Source of the DNA: Nitrosopumilus sp.
GTDB lineage: Archaea > Thermoproteota > Nitrososphaeria > Nitrososphaerales > Nitrosopumilaceae
Assembly (NCBI GenBank): GCA_963662625.1
Contig: OY759726.1
Coordinates: 1,504,001-1,568,000, forward strand
Length of the DNA stretch: 64,000 nucleotides
Direction: 5' to 3'
Both the position numbers and the translations under genes were made by a program. Of the stretch, positions 10,851-20,498 are shown in pieces. Within the stretch, counting starts at the first letter, position 1. Each line of letters begins with the position of its first letter. The notes under the pieces are model-generated. The model was given only the letters and a program-made list of their open reading frames with translations. It did no database searches and was not told the origin of the DNA.

Positions 10851-11177
10851 GCTCAATGGATAACGGGGCAGGACTGGCGTAAAGATATGGCAGGTCTGAC
10901 AGGGGCCTCATGAGTTGGCTAGAAGGTGAGTCCAAGGGCTGCATGCCTGCAAACAAGAGCCGCGACTTGGATACCGTGTTAAGGCAATCCGTGCCCGCAA
11001 GACTGTTTGAATATAACATGTACGGGATACAGTTAAGCAAAAAGTGGCCTAACCCTGGCATCGGGGGGACGCGCTCTGGCATTGCATCAGCATGAACAGT
11101 GTACAGATCATGGCGCCTTTCACTTAACTGGGATACCTGCAAGATTTATTTACGCCAGGTGCAGACTCTAATGACCC

Positions 11178-12689
11178 GTGAGTGAGCTAACCCCGCGCCA
11201 AGCAAAATTAAAAGAAAAGTTAGAAACATTCTGCGACAGGGTAATGTGCTGGCCCCTTCCGCTAAAAATTGAGGAGATATGGGGGTTTGGAAGCTTCTTT
11301 AGACTAAAGGACATCCCCACAGACATTGATCTGGTTTTAAAATACTCAACCCGCAACCCGAGTTACGAGACATTCGAATCAATTTTACACAAATCACTCA
11401 AGCTGGTCAGCACCATCGAATCCCCCAAGGAGGCGTTCACCCATGTCGCAAAACAAGAGCTGGCTAAAGGAGAGTTCGATACACTGATGCCTGCCTTTAC
11501 ACAATGGATCGAGAGATTCACATGGGATATTATATTTGGAGGAATAATGTCCATCCCTCAGGCTGCCATCAATGAAGAGACAATCACGAAGAGGGTTCTG
11601 GTGCACGAGCTCAAGGGACTCCAAATATTTAAAATCGTTTCAATGCAGCAATCCCTGGATTGGCTGAACGCAGAAAGCATCCACAAGGTGTGGGACAGAG
11701 CCTACCCGGATGCACCCGCAAACCTGGGCGCGATATTGTCCCCCGAAACCGTAAGGGCGACTAGGATCAAGGAGGCGAGGAACTTTGCACGGCAAATATC
11801 CAGCCACAGGCAGGAGTATGACATCCTAGCAATGCTGATAAGCCACATAAGGGCGCTCAAAAGCGCAAGCGCAGGGCGTGAAAATTTTGAAAAAATATTG
11901 AGTAAAAAAACCGCGGAAAAACACCCCGACATGCCCAAAAAAACCACCGACCAAATCATCCGCAACATTACTTTGGCACGTCCTAACGAGCGCGCCATCC
12001 CCCCGCTGGAGACGCCTGACGAATACCAGGCGCTCTCAGATCCGAAGATAAAGGAGTGCGTTGAAAAGAAGCGCCTGGAGTTGAAATGCGTATACAAAAG
12101 CGTCATCGTGGCACGAAAGACACTGCACCATCTGTACGATCTCAAAAGCACCCCAAAAACCGAACGACTGCAAAAGTTCGGAGACGACGAGCTTACTGCC
12201 TGGAGAGTCATATCAGACATACCAAAAAAGCAAGTGGACGAGGACGCAATCCGCAAGACCTTGAGGGAATTAAGGTTCCCGGAGGAAAAAGTGCTCGAAA
12301 GGAAAGGGCGTGGAAGATACCGGTATTTCATCCCCGCCACCGAAAAGGAAAGACTGGATGCCATCCGCTGGAACGAGAAAAGCGACGCCGAGGCAAAATA
12401 CCGCCGCATGTTGCGCCCGGCCGCTACGGGATTCGGCAGGCACGTGAGTTTTTTAGTCAATCTTGATCGCAAGCTAAACCCCGCCAGCGTAGATCTGTCG
12501 TTTTACCATTACTGCCATGGCGAGGAAATCCCAGAGTCGGTGAACAAGGAGGTCGAGTTCCTAAAGGGTAGGGGGTTTGCAGTCGACCGCGGCAGGTCGC
12601 ACGTATATGCCAAACTGACAATCGAACTGGCTGAATGCAATACAAACAAAGGGATGCGGGAAAAAATAAGAAACGCGTTACGGCGGTAG
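11178..12689 (+). CDS. Hypothetical 503-aa protein with an N-terminal Pol-beta-type nucleotidyltransferase motif
   Basis: IEEIWGFGSFFRLKDIPTDIDLVL fits hG[GS]x(n)DhD. The ORF is long, intact and of lower GC. Confidence 0.6.
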   Translation: MSELTPRQAKLKEKLETFCDRVMCWPLPLKIEEIWGFGSFFRLKDIPTDIDLVLKYSTRNPSYETFESILHKSLKLVSTIESPKEAFTHVAKQELAKGEFDTLMPAFTQWIERFTWDIIFGGIMSIPQAAINEETITKRVLVHELKGLQIFKIVSMQQSLDWLNAESIHKVWDRAYPDAPANLGAILSPETVRATRIKEARNFARQISSHRQEYDILAMLISHIRALKSASAGRENFEKILSKKTAEKHPDMPKKTTDQIIRNITLARPNERAIPPLETPDEYQALSDPKIKECVEKKRLELKCVYKSVIVARKTLHHLYDLKSTPKTERLQKFGDDELTAWRVISDIPKKQVDEDAIRKTLRELRFPEEKVLERKGRGRYRYFIPATEKERLDAIRWNEKSDAEAKYRRMLRPAATGFGRHVSFLVNLDRKLNPASVDLSFYHYCHGEEIPESVNKEVEFLKGRGFAVDRGRSHVYAKLTIELAECNTNKGMREKIRNALRR

Positions 12690-12806
12690 CGGGCCCCGTG
12701 TGGGCCCGCCCAAAACACGTCCTGCGGTGCCCCCGCCCGCGGCGCGGCTATTTTTTCGGGATCCGGAGACTGCGGGATTCTGGCGCCAGGTTGCCTGCAT
12801 GCAGTT

Positions 12807-13480
12807 TGGTGTGGACCCCGCTAGAAGGAGGCCGATCGCCGATGCACACTTTAACGATGGGAGGCAAGACAGGGCATGAAGGACAAGAAAACCCAATGGA
12901 GCACGGACGAGAAGGCACGCATGGTGCTGCAGACGTTCAGCCCCGGGGCCAGCGTGGCCGGGCCGTGCCGCCAGCACAACCTGGCCCCCAGGACGCTGTA
13001 CAACTGGAAGGAAAGGTTCCTTGCGGGCGGGCGCGGTTCCTTGGAGGGCTCCGACGCGGCAGCACTGGCCAGGAGCCACAGGAGGGGGGCGTCCTCCCTC
13101 AAGCGGATAATAGGCGAGTGCGCCGTGGCAAACGAGGCGTTAAAAAAAACCTTGGGGGGAGAGCGAGAGCGGGCGCGGCGCGCATGATACGTGACGTGGT
13201 CGGGCCCAACGCGTCCCTCAGGCCGTGCGGCGCCTCGAAGAAGGCGTGGCACTGCGTCCCCGGGCCGAGGGACGTCCCGCCGGACCCGGAGGTGCGGGAC
13301 GCGGTGCGCAGGATCGCGCCCGCAAGGCCCACGTACGGCACGCGCCGCATGGCGGCCCAGCTCTCCGGGGACATGGGCCGCCCGGTGAACCGCAAGGCCG
13401 TGCGGCGCGTGTTCCGGGCACTGGGATGGGGTGCCCCCGCACGCACAAAACGGATCATGTCGGGTCCGTTCCCGGCTGAT
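12807..13480 (+). mobile_element. Truncated IS3-family element (orfA plus the start of orfB)
   Basis: Starts with TG. OrfA (12876-13187) reads WSTDEKARMVL...LYNWKERFL. An A8C slippery site lies at 13142-13150, and orfB reads PTYGTRRMAAQL...VNRKAVRR. Confidence 0.85.
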
Positions 13481-13505
13481 CCGTTTGGAACTGTGATGGT
13501 TGCAT

Positions 13506-13542
13506 ATTTGACGTACATTTGACGTACATTTGACGTACATTT
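13506..13542. repeat. Tandem repeat (ATTTGACGTAC) x3 plus a partial copy
   Basis: Three exact 11-bp copies read directly from the sequence. Confidence 0.9.
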
Positions 13543-13589
13543 CGTGTTACTGATTATTACTAAAGCAGTTATGTACCACGGACGCCTAA

Positions 13590-15143
13590 GTGAGGCATGA
13601 TGCGCCCCCACGCGTGCACAAAACCCGCGCCGCCAGGCCCGGCCAGCATTTCGCCAAACCGGGAAAACGGGGCCGGGAGGGCAAGCGGGGGGACGCGCGC
13701 CTGGCGGCCGGGACTTGCAGGGGCCCGCGGCGTTCCCCCGGCCGCCGCCGCGGCCAACGCCGCAAGCGGCCCGCCGCGGGGATCGGCTGCCAAGCGCCGC
13801 AACGCGAGGTGCCGGGAGTGGGCGGCGATCCCGGCCGCGCCCCCCGGACGCGGCGGGGCGCCGGGGGGCATGGCCTGGCGGCGGCGCGGGGATGCCGCGG
13901 TGCAGGCGGGGGGCGCGGGGGATTGAGGGAGACGCCGCCGGTCGAGGGGAAGTTCTTCTGCGTGCACGTGGCAAGGGACGTGTGCGACCTCGTCGAGATC
14001 GCCGTGCGGAAGAGGCGCTTCTACAAGATAGCGCTCTTCAGGGTCACCGGAGCCAGGCACCGCAGCGCCCAGAGGCTGCTGGAATACTATTCGTGCAAAA
14101 AATGCTTCACGTCAGTCGTGGAAAAGGCCGCCGGGCCCAAGAACGCGGAAGGGGGAGCCGGGCACGGATACAAGGTCACGTGGAGCGGAATGCGGTACGC
14201 GGAACGCATGCACCTCCGCGCGAAATACGTGCCGGGCCGCGGCGCGGTAGCGAGCTGGAACGGCCTTACCCTGGGCTCGTACCATGCGGTAAGGGACGGG
14301 GTCGGCTCTACACTGGGATCGGGGTATGACATAGACGCGCGAGGGGCGGGGGCGGCGTGGCGCCGGGCGCTTGGCCTGGCACTTGACGAGTACGGCCGCA
14401 TGGCACGCATGCGGCGCCCCGGCAAGTGGGGGGCGGGCAGGCCGCTGGACGAAAACTGGCTCAGCGGCCAGAAGCGGCCGGTAAGGATCCTGCTGACCAG
14501 GATGGCCAAGGCCAAGCTGGCGTCGCTGGATTACGGGGAAAGCCCCAAGTTTCACCGCGCGTTCGGCACGTTTCCAAGCATCGCGGGGGGCAGAAAGTGC
14601 GCCGGGTGCGGCGTATACCTGGAGAGGAGGGCAAAAGACAGGTGCAGGTTCTGCAGGAAACCCAGAAAAAGCAGGTACGTGGCCGTCCCGAAGGCCGCAA
14701 GGAGGATGGCCGCAAGGACCGCGGGAGCGGAGGGCAGGAAGGAGAGGAGGGCAGAACGGTTCGAGAGCGAAGGCGAGCGCACCGTGATATCTGAGAGCGT
14801 CGAGGCGAAGGGGATCCGCGAGACTGCCTCGGAGTTGTCCGAGGACTACGGCAGGCCAGAGGCCCTGAGGATGCTGAGGGAGACAGGGGTAGGAAAAGAC
14901 GAGCTGGAGGACTATTACGAGGACATGGACCCCTGCGAGAGGGAGGGCGAGCGCCCCGTGGCGTCTGAGAGCGTCGAGGCGAAGGGGATCCGCGAGACTG
15001 CCTCGGAGTTAATCGAGGACTACGGCAGGCCAGAGGCCCTGAGGATGCTGAGGGAGACAGGGGCAGGAAAAGACGAGCTGGAGGACTATTACGAGGACAT
15101 GGACCCCTGCGAGAGGGAGGAGAGCGAGCGGGACTCGCGGTAG
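13590..15143 (+). CDS. Hypothetical protein (true start probably near 13925) with a CxxC-x(n)-CxxC motif and a duplicated acidic C-terminal segment
   Basis: CAGCG...CRFC motif and a 58-aa internal duplication. The first ~110 codons are GC-rich low complexity and probably non-coding. Confidence 0.5.
   Translation: MRHDAPPRVHKTRAARPGQHFAKPGKRGREGKRGDARLAAGTCRGPRRSPGRRRGQRRKRPAAGIGCQAPQREVPGVGGDPGRAPRTRRGAGGHGLAAARGCRGAGGGRGGLRETPPVEGKFFCVHVARDVCDLVEIAVRKRRFYKIALFRVTGARHRSAQRLLEYYSCKKCFTSVVEKAAGPKNAEGGAGHGYKVTWSGMRYAERMHLRAKYVPGRGAVASWNGLTLGSYHAVRDGVGSTLGSGYDIDARGAGAAWRRALGLALDEYGRMARMRRPGKWGAGRPLDENWLSGQKRPVRILLTRMAKAKLASLDYGESPKFHRAFGTFPSIAGGRKCAGCGVYLERRAKDRCRFCRKPRKSRYVAVPKAARRMAARTAGAEGRKERRAERFESEGERTVISESVEAKGIRETASELSEDYGRPEALRMLRETGVGKDELEDYYEDMDPCEREGERPVASESVEAKGIRETASELIEDYGRPEALRMLRETGAGKDELEDYYEDMDPCEREESERDSR
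14772..15119 (+). repeat. 174-bp tandem duplication, two near-identical copies
   Basis: GGCGAGCGC...GACCCCTGCGAGAGGGAG starts at both 14772 and 14946. Confidence 0.92.
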
Positions 15144-15472
15144 TGCCGGACGGGGGACCAAAAAAACCGCCATTTCGGCGGCCTCCCCGCCCATGGCGGC
15201 GATCGAGGATCCCCGCCGGCGCGCCTCCGCCGCGCCGGGCCCGGCGTGGAACTTGCCGTACCGCTCCATCAGGTGCACGCCCACCGCAGCGCCGGGATTC
15301 TAGTCCTCGCCGACCTGCCGCGGCGGCCGCAGGGTGCGCAGCTGCCGCAACACCATGTCCGCCATGCGGCCGCACGCCTCCCGCCGGATGGTCCCGGACG
15401 ACGCGTCCCGCGCCAGCCCGCCGCCCCGGGCGCCGCGCCTGTATTTTTATAACGTTGCCGCGTACCGGCGGC

Positions 15473-16156
15473 GTGGACCGCCTGCACCTTGCGCTCTTGA
15501 TCGTGCTGGCCGGCTGCGCCACGACGGCCGCGTCCCTCGCCCAGGGAGACCCGTACGTGCCGCCGTGGGTCAGGGACGCCGCCCTGTGGTGGGGCCAGGG
15601 GCTCGTCAGCGACTCGGAGTTCCTAGGCCTGGTGCAGTTCCTGGTGGACAGGGACATGATCACGGTGCCACCCGGCGGGCCGCAGGTCCGGGAACTGCAA
15701 GGCGAGGTGGACAGGCTGAAGGCCTCCAACGCGGCTGGGCTCCGGGACGCCTATGACAGGGGGTATGCCGACGGGCTGGCCGCGGCCCCGCCAGACCCGG
15801 GGGTCGTGCACGGCACGGTCACCAGAAACATCGACGGCAACACCATCGAGATATCCGGGCAGAAGATACGGCTCCCGTTCGTAGACGTCGAGGACTCCGG
15901 GAACGCGAGCATGCCCCACGCAAAGTACGCGAGGGAGCTGTGCCCCGTGGGCGCAAAGGCGCACTATGACGTCGACGACGACAAGCCGGTCGGCAAGTAC
16001 GGGAGGACCATCGCGATGGTGTGGTGCGGGGACCACGCCAAGCCGCTTGACCAGCTCATGGTGGAGTCCGGCCTGGGGTGGATCAGCAAGTACTGGTGCG
16101 AGAGATCGGAGTTCCAAAGCCTGGACTGGGTCGACGGCTGCCGCGCGGGCAGGTGA
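15473..16156 (+). CDS. Secreted thermonuclease (SNase)-like protein with a thaumarchaeal peptide motif
   Basis: GTG start about 21 nt after TTTTTATAA, a hydrophobic signal segment, then VPPWVRDAALWWGQGLVSDSEF. The SNase-like part reads VTRNIDGNTI..KIRLPFVD..GKYGRTIA..MVESGLG. Confidence 0.7.
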   Translation: MDRLHLALLIVLAGCATTAASLAQGDPYVPPWVRDAALWWGQGLVSDSEFLGLVQFLVDRDMITVPPGGPQVRELQGEVDRLKASNAAGLRDAYDRGYADGLAAAPPDPGVVHGTVTRNIDGNTIEISGQKIRLPFVDVEDSGNASMPHAKYARELCPVGAKAHYDVDDDKPVGKYGRTIAMVWCGDHAKPLDQLMVESGLGWISKYWCERSEFQSLDWVDGCRAGR

Positions 16157-16854
16157 CGGGCTTGCATTCCTGCCCTTCTTCGGCACCGGGGGGGGGGGGG
16201 CGGCCGGCAGCGGCCATGTGTCAGCAGGCAAAATTGAGGCCGGTTTTCCGATCTATTCCTGCGAATTTCCGGCGTTATCGCACTATAATGTCGATTTAAA
16301 CCTTATAGCATTACGAACAAAACGTGCGAAAACATATAGAATTCCCGCACGCCAACCTGTGAAGGCCAAGGTGGGGGTTCCTTGCCGCCCATCCTTGTCA
16401 CGCCTGTGGGCGCAGCTGCGACCCGGAGTCCTACCGGGGCCGCTCTCCCAAAACGCCCCGCGCGTGACGCCCCGGCACCGCACAGCATGGAGTCCCGGGC
16501 CCCGCGTGTCGGGGGATGGCGCGCAAGCGCGCCTGCTGCCCGCGCCCCGCACGTTCCCGGCGGGCCAGCCAAGACCCGCCGCGCGGCGCCCTTCGGGCAT
16601 GCCTTTTTGGACGCCGACAACGCGGGCGGCGCAATTCCTACGAATGGGAGCTCAGGCCGATGCAGTCCGGGTCCATCTCCTCGCAGCCGTCGAGCGAGGG
16701 CCACCTGCAATATTTTCCAAGGCCGCGCCGCCCTGCCCAATCCGCGCCGTCTGCATGCCTACTATGTTTTGCCATGATAGGGCAAGTTTCCACCGTGCCG
16801 ATAAATACATTCCCTGGACGCCCGTCTTCCCTGAAGTGCCTCACGGATACGTCG

Positions 16855-17013
16855 GGGGCAGGGGTTCCGGCGGCACATATCGGCCACGCTGGCCCCCTGG
16901 ATGAACGCCTGCAGCACCACGCGCACCTTCTCGTCCGTGCTCCGTCGTGCCCTCCCTTGCCCCCATCGCTAAAGCGCGCAGCGGAGATCTGCCTCCTAGC
17001 GGGATCCGCACCG
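16855..17013 (-). mobile_element. IS3-family left-end fragment, an inverted copy of 12807-12980
   Basis: Reverse complement CGGTGCGGATCCCGCTAGGAGG...GAGCACGGACGAGAAGGTGCGCGTGGTGCTGCAGGCGTTC matches TGGTGTGGACCCCGCTAGAAGG...GAGCACGGACGAGAAGGCACGCATGGTGCTGCAGACGTTC. Confidence 0.85.
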
Positions 17014-17102
17014 CATCTCATGCTGAACAAACCCACGACGCTATGCCTCTAGGATGCCGACATGATTTTTTAAGGGCGGCGCCACACGACCGGTGCCGCC
17101 CC

Positions 17103-17519
17103 ATGGTTCCAGACGTCTTCTCGAAGGAAAAAAGATCCGAGGTGATGCGGGGCATAAAGGGCAAGGGCACCAAGCTCGAGCTGGAGACGGCCCGAATGCT
17201 GCGCCGCGCCAAGATCAAGTACAGGTCGCATCCGAAGATCTACGGATCCCCGGACTTTTTGGTGGATGGGAGGCTTCTGCTCTTCTGCGACGGCTCGTTC
17301 TGGCACGGCAGGAATTGGAAGGTGCTGAGGGCGCGGCTAGCCGCCGGCAACGATCCCGGCTATTGGGTCAGGCACATCGAAACCAACAGGAAACGCGACA
17401 GGAAGGTCAACCGGATCCTGGCAGAACGGGGGTACCAGGTGCTCCGGCTCTGGGATACGGACCTGCAGAAGCGACCCGAGAAGTGCGTGGAGAAGATCAA
17501 AAAAGCGCTGCGTTCCTGA
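17103..17519 (+). CDS. vsr: Very short patch repair endonuclease, second copy
   Basis: MVPDVFSKEKRSEVMRGIKGKGTKLE, GSPDF, FCDGSFWHG and GYQVLRLW motifs. Confidence 0.92.
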   Translation: MVPDVFSKEKRSEVMRGIKGKGTKLELETARMLRRAKIKYRSHPKIYGSPDFLVDGRLLLFCDGSFWHGRNWKVLRARLAAGNDPGYWVRHIETNRKRDRKVNRILAERGYQVLRLWDTDLQKRPEKCVEKIKKALRS

Positions 17520-17812
17520 ACGGCGAGCAATGCTGATTTTTGACCGTGGAGCCTGGAATGGTGATCATCGAAAACCTCGCCCCGGGTGTAACGGTACAGA
17601 AATTTGCACAATGCCCAGCTTGATCGGCTGCGCCCTGAAATGCTCTGAAACTGCACGCTTTACCTCCCCCGGCGCCTCGCAGTGCATGGGAGTGGCCGGT
17701 TCGTGCCTTGCCCAATTTCGTACCGCCACCGCCGTGGTGAACTCCGATGTGGCAGTAGGCATGTGCGGCATGTCGATTTCGTGTGTTCCTTGGTATGCTT
17801 ATAACACGCAGC

Positions 17813-17879
17813 CTGGCGATCAACAAGCTTTTCTGCTGTGCTACCCTTTATAGGGGGGTTCTCTGCGAGCGCCATTCTA
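17813..17879 (-). mobile_element. IS630-family left-end remnant
   Basis: Reverse complement TAGAATGGCGCTCGCAGAGAA...GCACAGCAGAAAAGCTTGTTGATCGCC matches TAGAGTGACGCTCACAAATAA...GCACTGCAGAAAAGCCTGTTGATCGCC at 60818-60883. Confidence 0.75.
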
Positions 17880-17900
17880 GCACCCTACTAAAATATCATA

Positions 17901-18887
17901 TTGGAGAGTAAAATGCATATGAAAAAGGAAACCATGGATATGTCTGACGCTGAACGAGGGATATCGGATATTGCCTCATCCGAAGGCGATTTATCTGATT
18001 TCACAGCAATCTGCAGGTTGATTTGTAATAATCGCGCAATCTCAAAAGACAGACTTTTCAAAATCATCAAGAATTCCATTATAAACAAATCAGACGCCGT
18101 GATTGAGCGAAAATTAAACATTATGTGCAAATTAGACCTGTTAGATTTGGCCAACCAAAAATTTGTACTCCGCGCTAATGGTAAAATATTGGTTGAAATA
18201 AGCAACAAACAATCTGTTTTTTCAGAAAAAATAGAAAAGGCATTTTATTTTATAATATTATTCAGTTCGAAAGCAAGACTGCAACTCACCTCGCTCCTTC
18301 AATCTATAAACGAACAAAATGGAGACGATAAAAGGGAAAACATTGCAAGATATTTTAAAGCAAATATAGTCCAGGAGATATGGAATAAAAAAACAATCGA
18401 AAAGAATCTTACCGCTTTAGAAACAACACAAAGATTGCCAAGCATGCTTAACAATAAATTTTCTTGCATGGAAAAATGGTTAGAGTTTATTGATCTAATA
18501 GAAATAAGAAAAAATGGCCTGCACGCAAATTTGACTTCGGGGCTGATTAGCTCGCTGCTAAACCCAGAAAACAAGAAAAACATATTTGGCGAAGCCGCAA
18601 CAAAGTATTACACCGAATCCAAAGAATTCCGCATTAAGCAGCACTATCGAGATTTGTGTACGTATTTTCTTGAGGGCCATGGTAAATTCCTCACCCCTGC
18701 CGGAATCAGTGACGCCGAAGCAGTAGCAAAATTCGTGTGCTTGCAATTACTCAAATCAAACATAATCTTGGAAGAGAACGGTTTTTTCAAACTGACCAAG
18801 AAATTAAAAAAAGACAAAATCCTTCGCTCAGTAATGATGGGCAGGGACGGCACGCCTAAGAATTTCGGCGTGGATTACTATACCTGA
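17901..18887 (+). CDS. Hypothetical protein of the AT-rich island, possibly winged-helix DNA binding
   Basis: Intact AT-rich 328-aa ORF with wHTH-like segments (MCKLDLL...FVLRANGK; WLEFIDLI). It is convergent with the operon and overlaps its last gene. Confidence 0.6.
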   Translation: MESKMHMKKETMDMSDAERGISDIASSEGDLSDFTAICRLICNNRAISKDRLFKIIKNSIINKSDAVIERKLNIMCKLDLLDLANQKFVLRANGKILVEISNKQSVFSEKIEKAFYFIILFSSKARLQLTSLLQSINEQNGDDKRENIARYFKANIVQEIWNKKTIEKNLTALETTQRLPSMLNNKFSCMEKWLEFIDLIEIRKNGLHANLTSGLISSLLNPENKKNIFGEAATKYYTESKEFRIKQHYRDLCTYFLEGHGKFLTPAGISDAEAVAKFVCLQLLKSNIILEENGFFKLTKKLKKDKILRSVMMGRDGTPKNFGVDYYT

Positions 18888-19971
18888 GAATGTTTTTGTT
18901 CCTAGCGACAAATTCCGAATTAATATGATCGAGATCTTTTTCAGCCGCCTCCCGCACCAGCCGTCCACAGTTGGGGAGAAGAAACCCCGGATAGTGGTAT
19001 TCGGGGCCCATCAGCCCGAATAATCCGTCTAAGGCATCATCACAAAAGGGAAGCAGTTTGTCTCTCTGCGTGTCTGATTCCCCCAAATAAAGACTGTGGT
19101 GAACACGCAAAAACTCTGAAACATGCTCAGCGCCAAGACTGTCAAGCGGCACCAAGTAATCAAATCTTCTTGAGAGCTGCTCGGAAAACCCGATGTCATA
19201 CCACTCGTCTTCTTTCTCAGCTGTAAATGATGCGATTAGCGCAAAATTTTCTGAAAAATCGTCCAGGAGGGCTCTTAAACTGTCGCCTATGGCGTTGCTA
19301 ATTCTGATTGGAGTGTTTTCTAATTCGTCAATGACCAGTACTACCGGCCCAAAATTTTTGCAAAGGTGGGCGATTAGCTCCTTTAGCATCGTTAGTCTTT
19401 TGTAATCGCCGTCTAAGGCATAAGTAATGTCCAATTTGTCAAGCTCTGAGACTGAAAGGCGCTCGCCGAACAACCATTTTTTTGCAAGTTCGGGTTCCCT
19501 CAAATTAGTGCTAATCATATAGAGGGCTTTTGCCAATTCGGTGTTTGGAATTAACTTCTCCCAATTCGCGGTAGAGCCGTTACCATATTTTGCCTTAATA
19601 AAATCTGCTATATTTTTAAGGTTGTTTTTCATGAAATATGAAATGGCTTCCCTATACATTACTGAAAAAGATGGTTCTACTGCAGGGATCAGCGTGTAGA
19701 TAAAAATGATGTTCTGGGAACCGTGCGAGCGTCTGACTAGCTCCTTGCTGATGATTTTCGTAAGCCAGGTTTTGCCGCTGCCTGTCTGGCCAAAAATTCT
19801 CATTCCCACGCGAGCCCCCCCCGAAACATCCTCCAAAAACTGATCCAATTTTTTCCTTGCGTCCGCCAAGTCCGGCCTATCCCACTCGAGAAATTTTTCA
19901 TCAATCTTGTAAGGGTTGGTTGATTCGTAGGGATTTTGAACAAAATGGTACTTTTCAAAATATCTGGACAT
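18856..19971 (-). CDS. P-loop AAA+ ATPase (BrxD/Cdc6-like architecture)
   Basis: Walker A GQTGSGKT, Walker B VLVIDELE and a candidate Arg finger QLSRRF. Confidence 0.8.
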   Translation of the reverse strand: MSRYFEKYHFVQNPYESTNPYKIDEKFLEWDRPDLADARKKLDQFLEDVSGGARVGMRIFGQTGSGKTWLTKIISKELVRRSHGSQNIIFIYTLIPAVEPSFSVMYREAISYFMKNNLKNIADFIKAKYGNGSTANWEKLIPNTELAKALYMISTNLREPELAKKWLFGERLSVSELDKLDITYALDGDYKRLTMLKELIAHLCKNFGPVVLVIDELENTPIRISNAIGDSLRALLDDFSENFALIASFTAEKEDEWYDIGFSEQLSRRFDYLVPLDSLGAEHVSEFLRVHHSLYLGESDTQRDKLLPFCDDALDGLFGLMGPEYHYPGFLLPNCGRLVREAAEKDLDHINSEFVARNKNILRYSNPRRNS

Positions 19972-20004
19972 GATTTTACTGATCTCGTATTTTGTACCCT
20001 TGTC

Positions 20005-20475
20005 TTATACTTTTCCTTGTATTTCGCTAATGTATTTCTGGGCATTTGAGATGAGATCGCACCGCTCGTTTTCTATGAATATCCCCGCCTCTTTATTTTC
20101 GTGAATCGCGGTATTACTAATGTTTAAGCTTGAAACTAAAAGGCTGTCAGTAGCGCCTGTTAGCAAAACCATCTTTGCGTGTACTGATCTTCTAAACATA
20201 ATGGTCACTCCTAGGTTTTCAATCAAGTCAGAAACAAATTCCTGCTCAGTAGGATCATTTTTGAGCGTTCTTTTGTTTATTATGATTATGACCTTTACCT
20301 GACTGCGGATCAACTGCTCCAATTTTTTACGAAATGGCACTCCGTTAATTGTGGCGTTGTGAATGTGCTGGCTAACGATTTTAAGTTGCTTCAGGCCCCT
20401 CCTTGCGGTTATCATTTGGTTTAGGCGAAATTCTAGGGAATGGCCGGAAACAAATTCTATCACCATGCATCTCAC
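20005..20475 (-). CDS. Single-domain phospholipase D-family (Nuc/DpdK-like) protein
   Basis: HAKMVL...SSLNIS...ENKEAG matches HxK-x(n)-SxN-x(n)-NxE. Confidence 0.8.
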   Translation of the reverse strand: MRCMVIEFVSGHSLEFRLNQMITARRGLKQLKIVSQHIHNATINGVPFRKKLEQLIRSQVKVIIIINKRTLKNDPTEQEFVSDLIENLGVTIMFRRSVHAKMVLLTGATDSLLVSSLNISNTAIHENKEAGIFIENERCDLISNAQKYISEIQGKV

Positions 20476-20498
20476 CCTGTATTTTTTATCCCACGATC

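Noticed and set aside
16200-16850. Gene or further IS remnant
   Set aside because: GC-rich and probably decayed, but I could not match it to any family.
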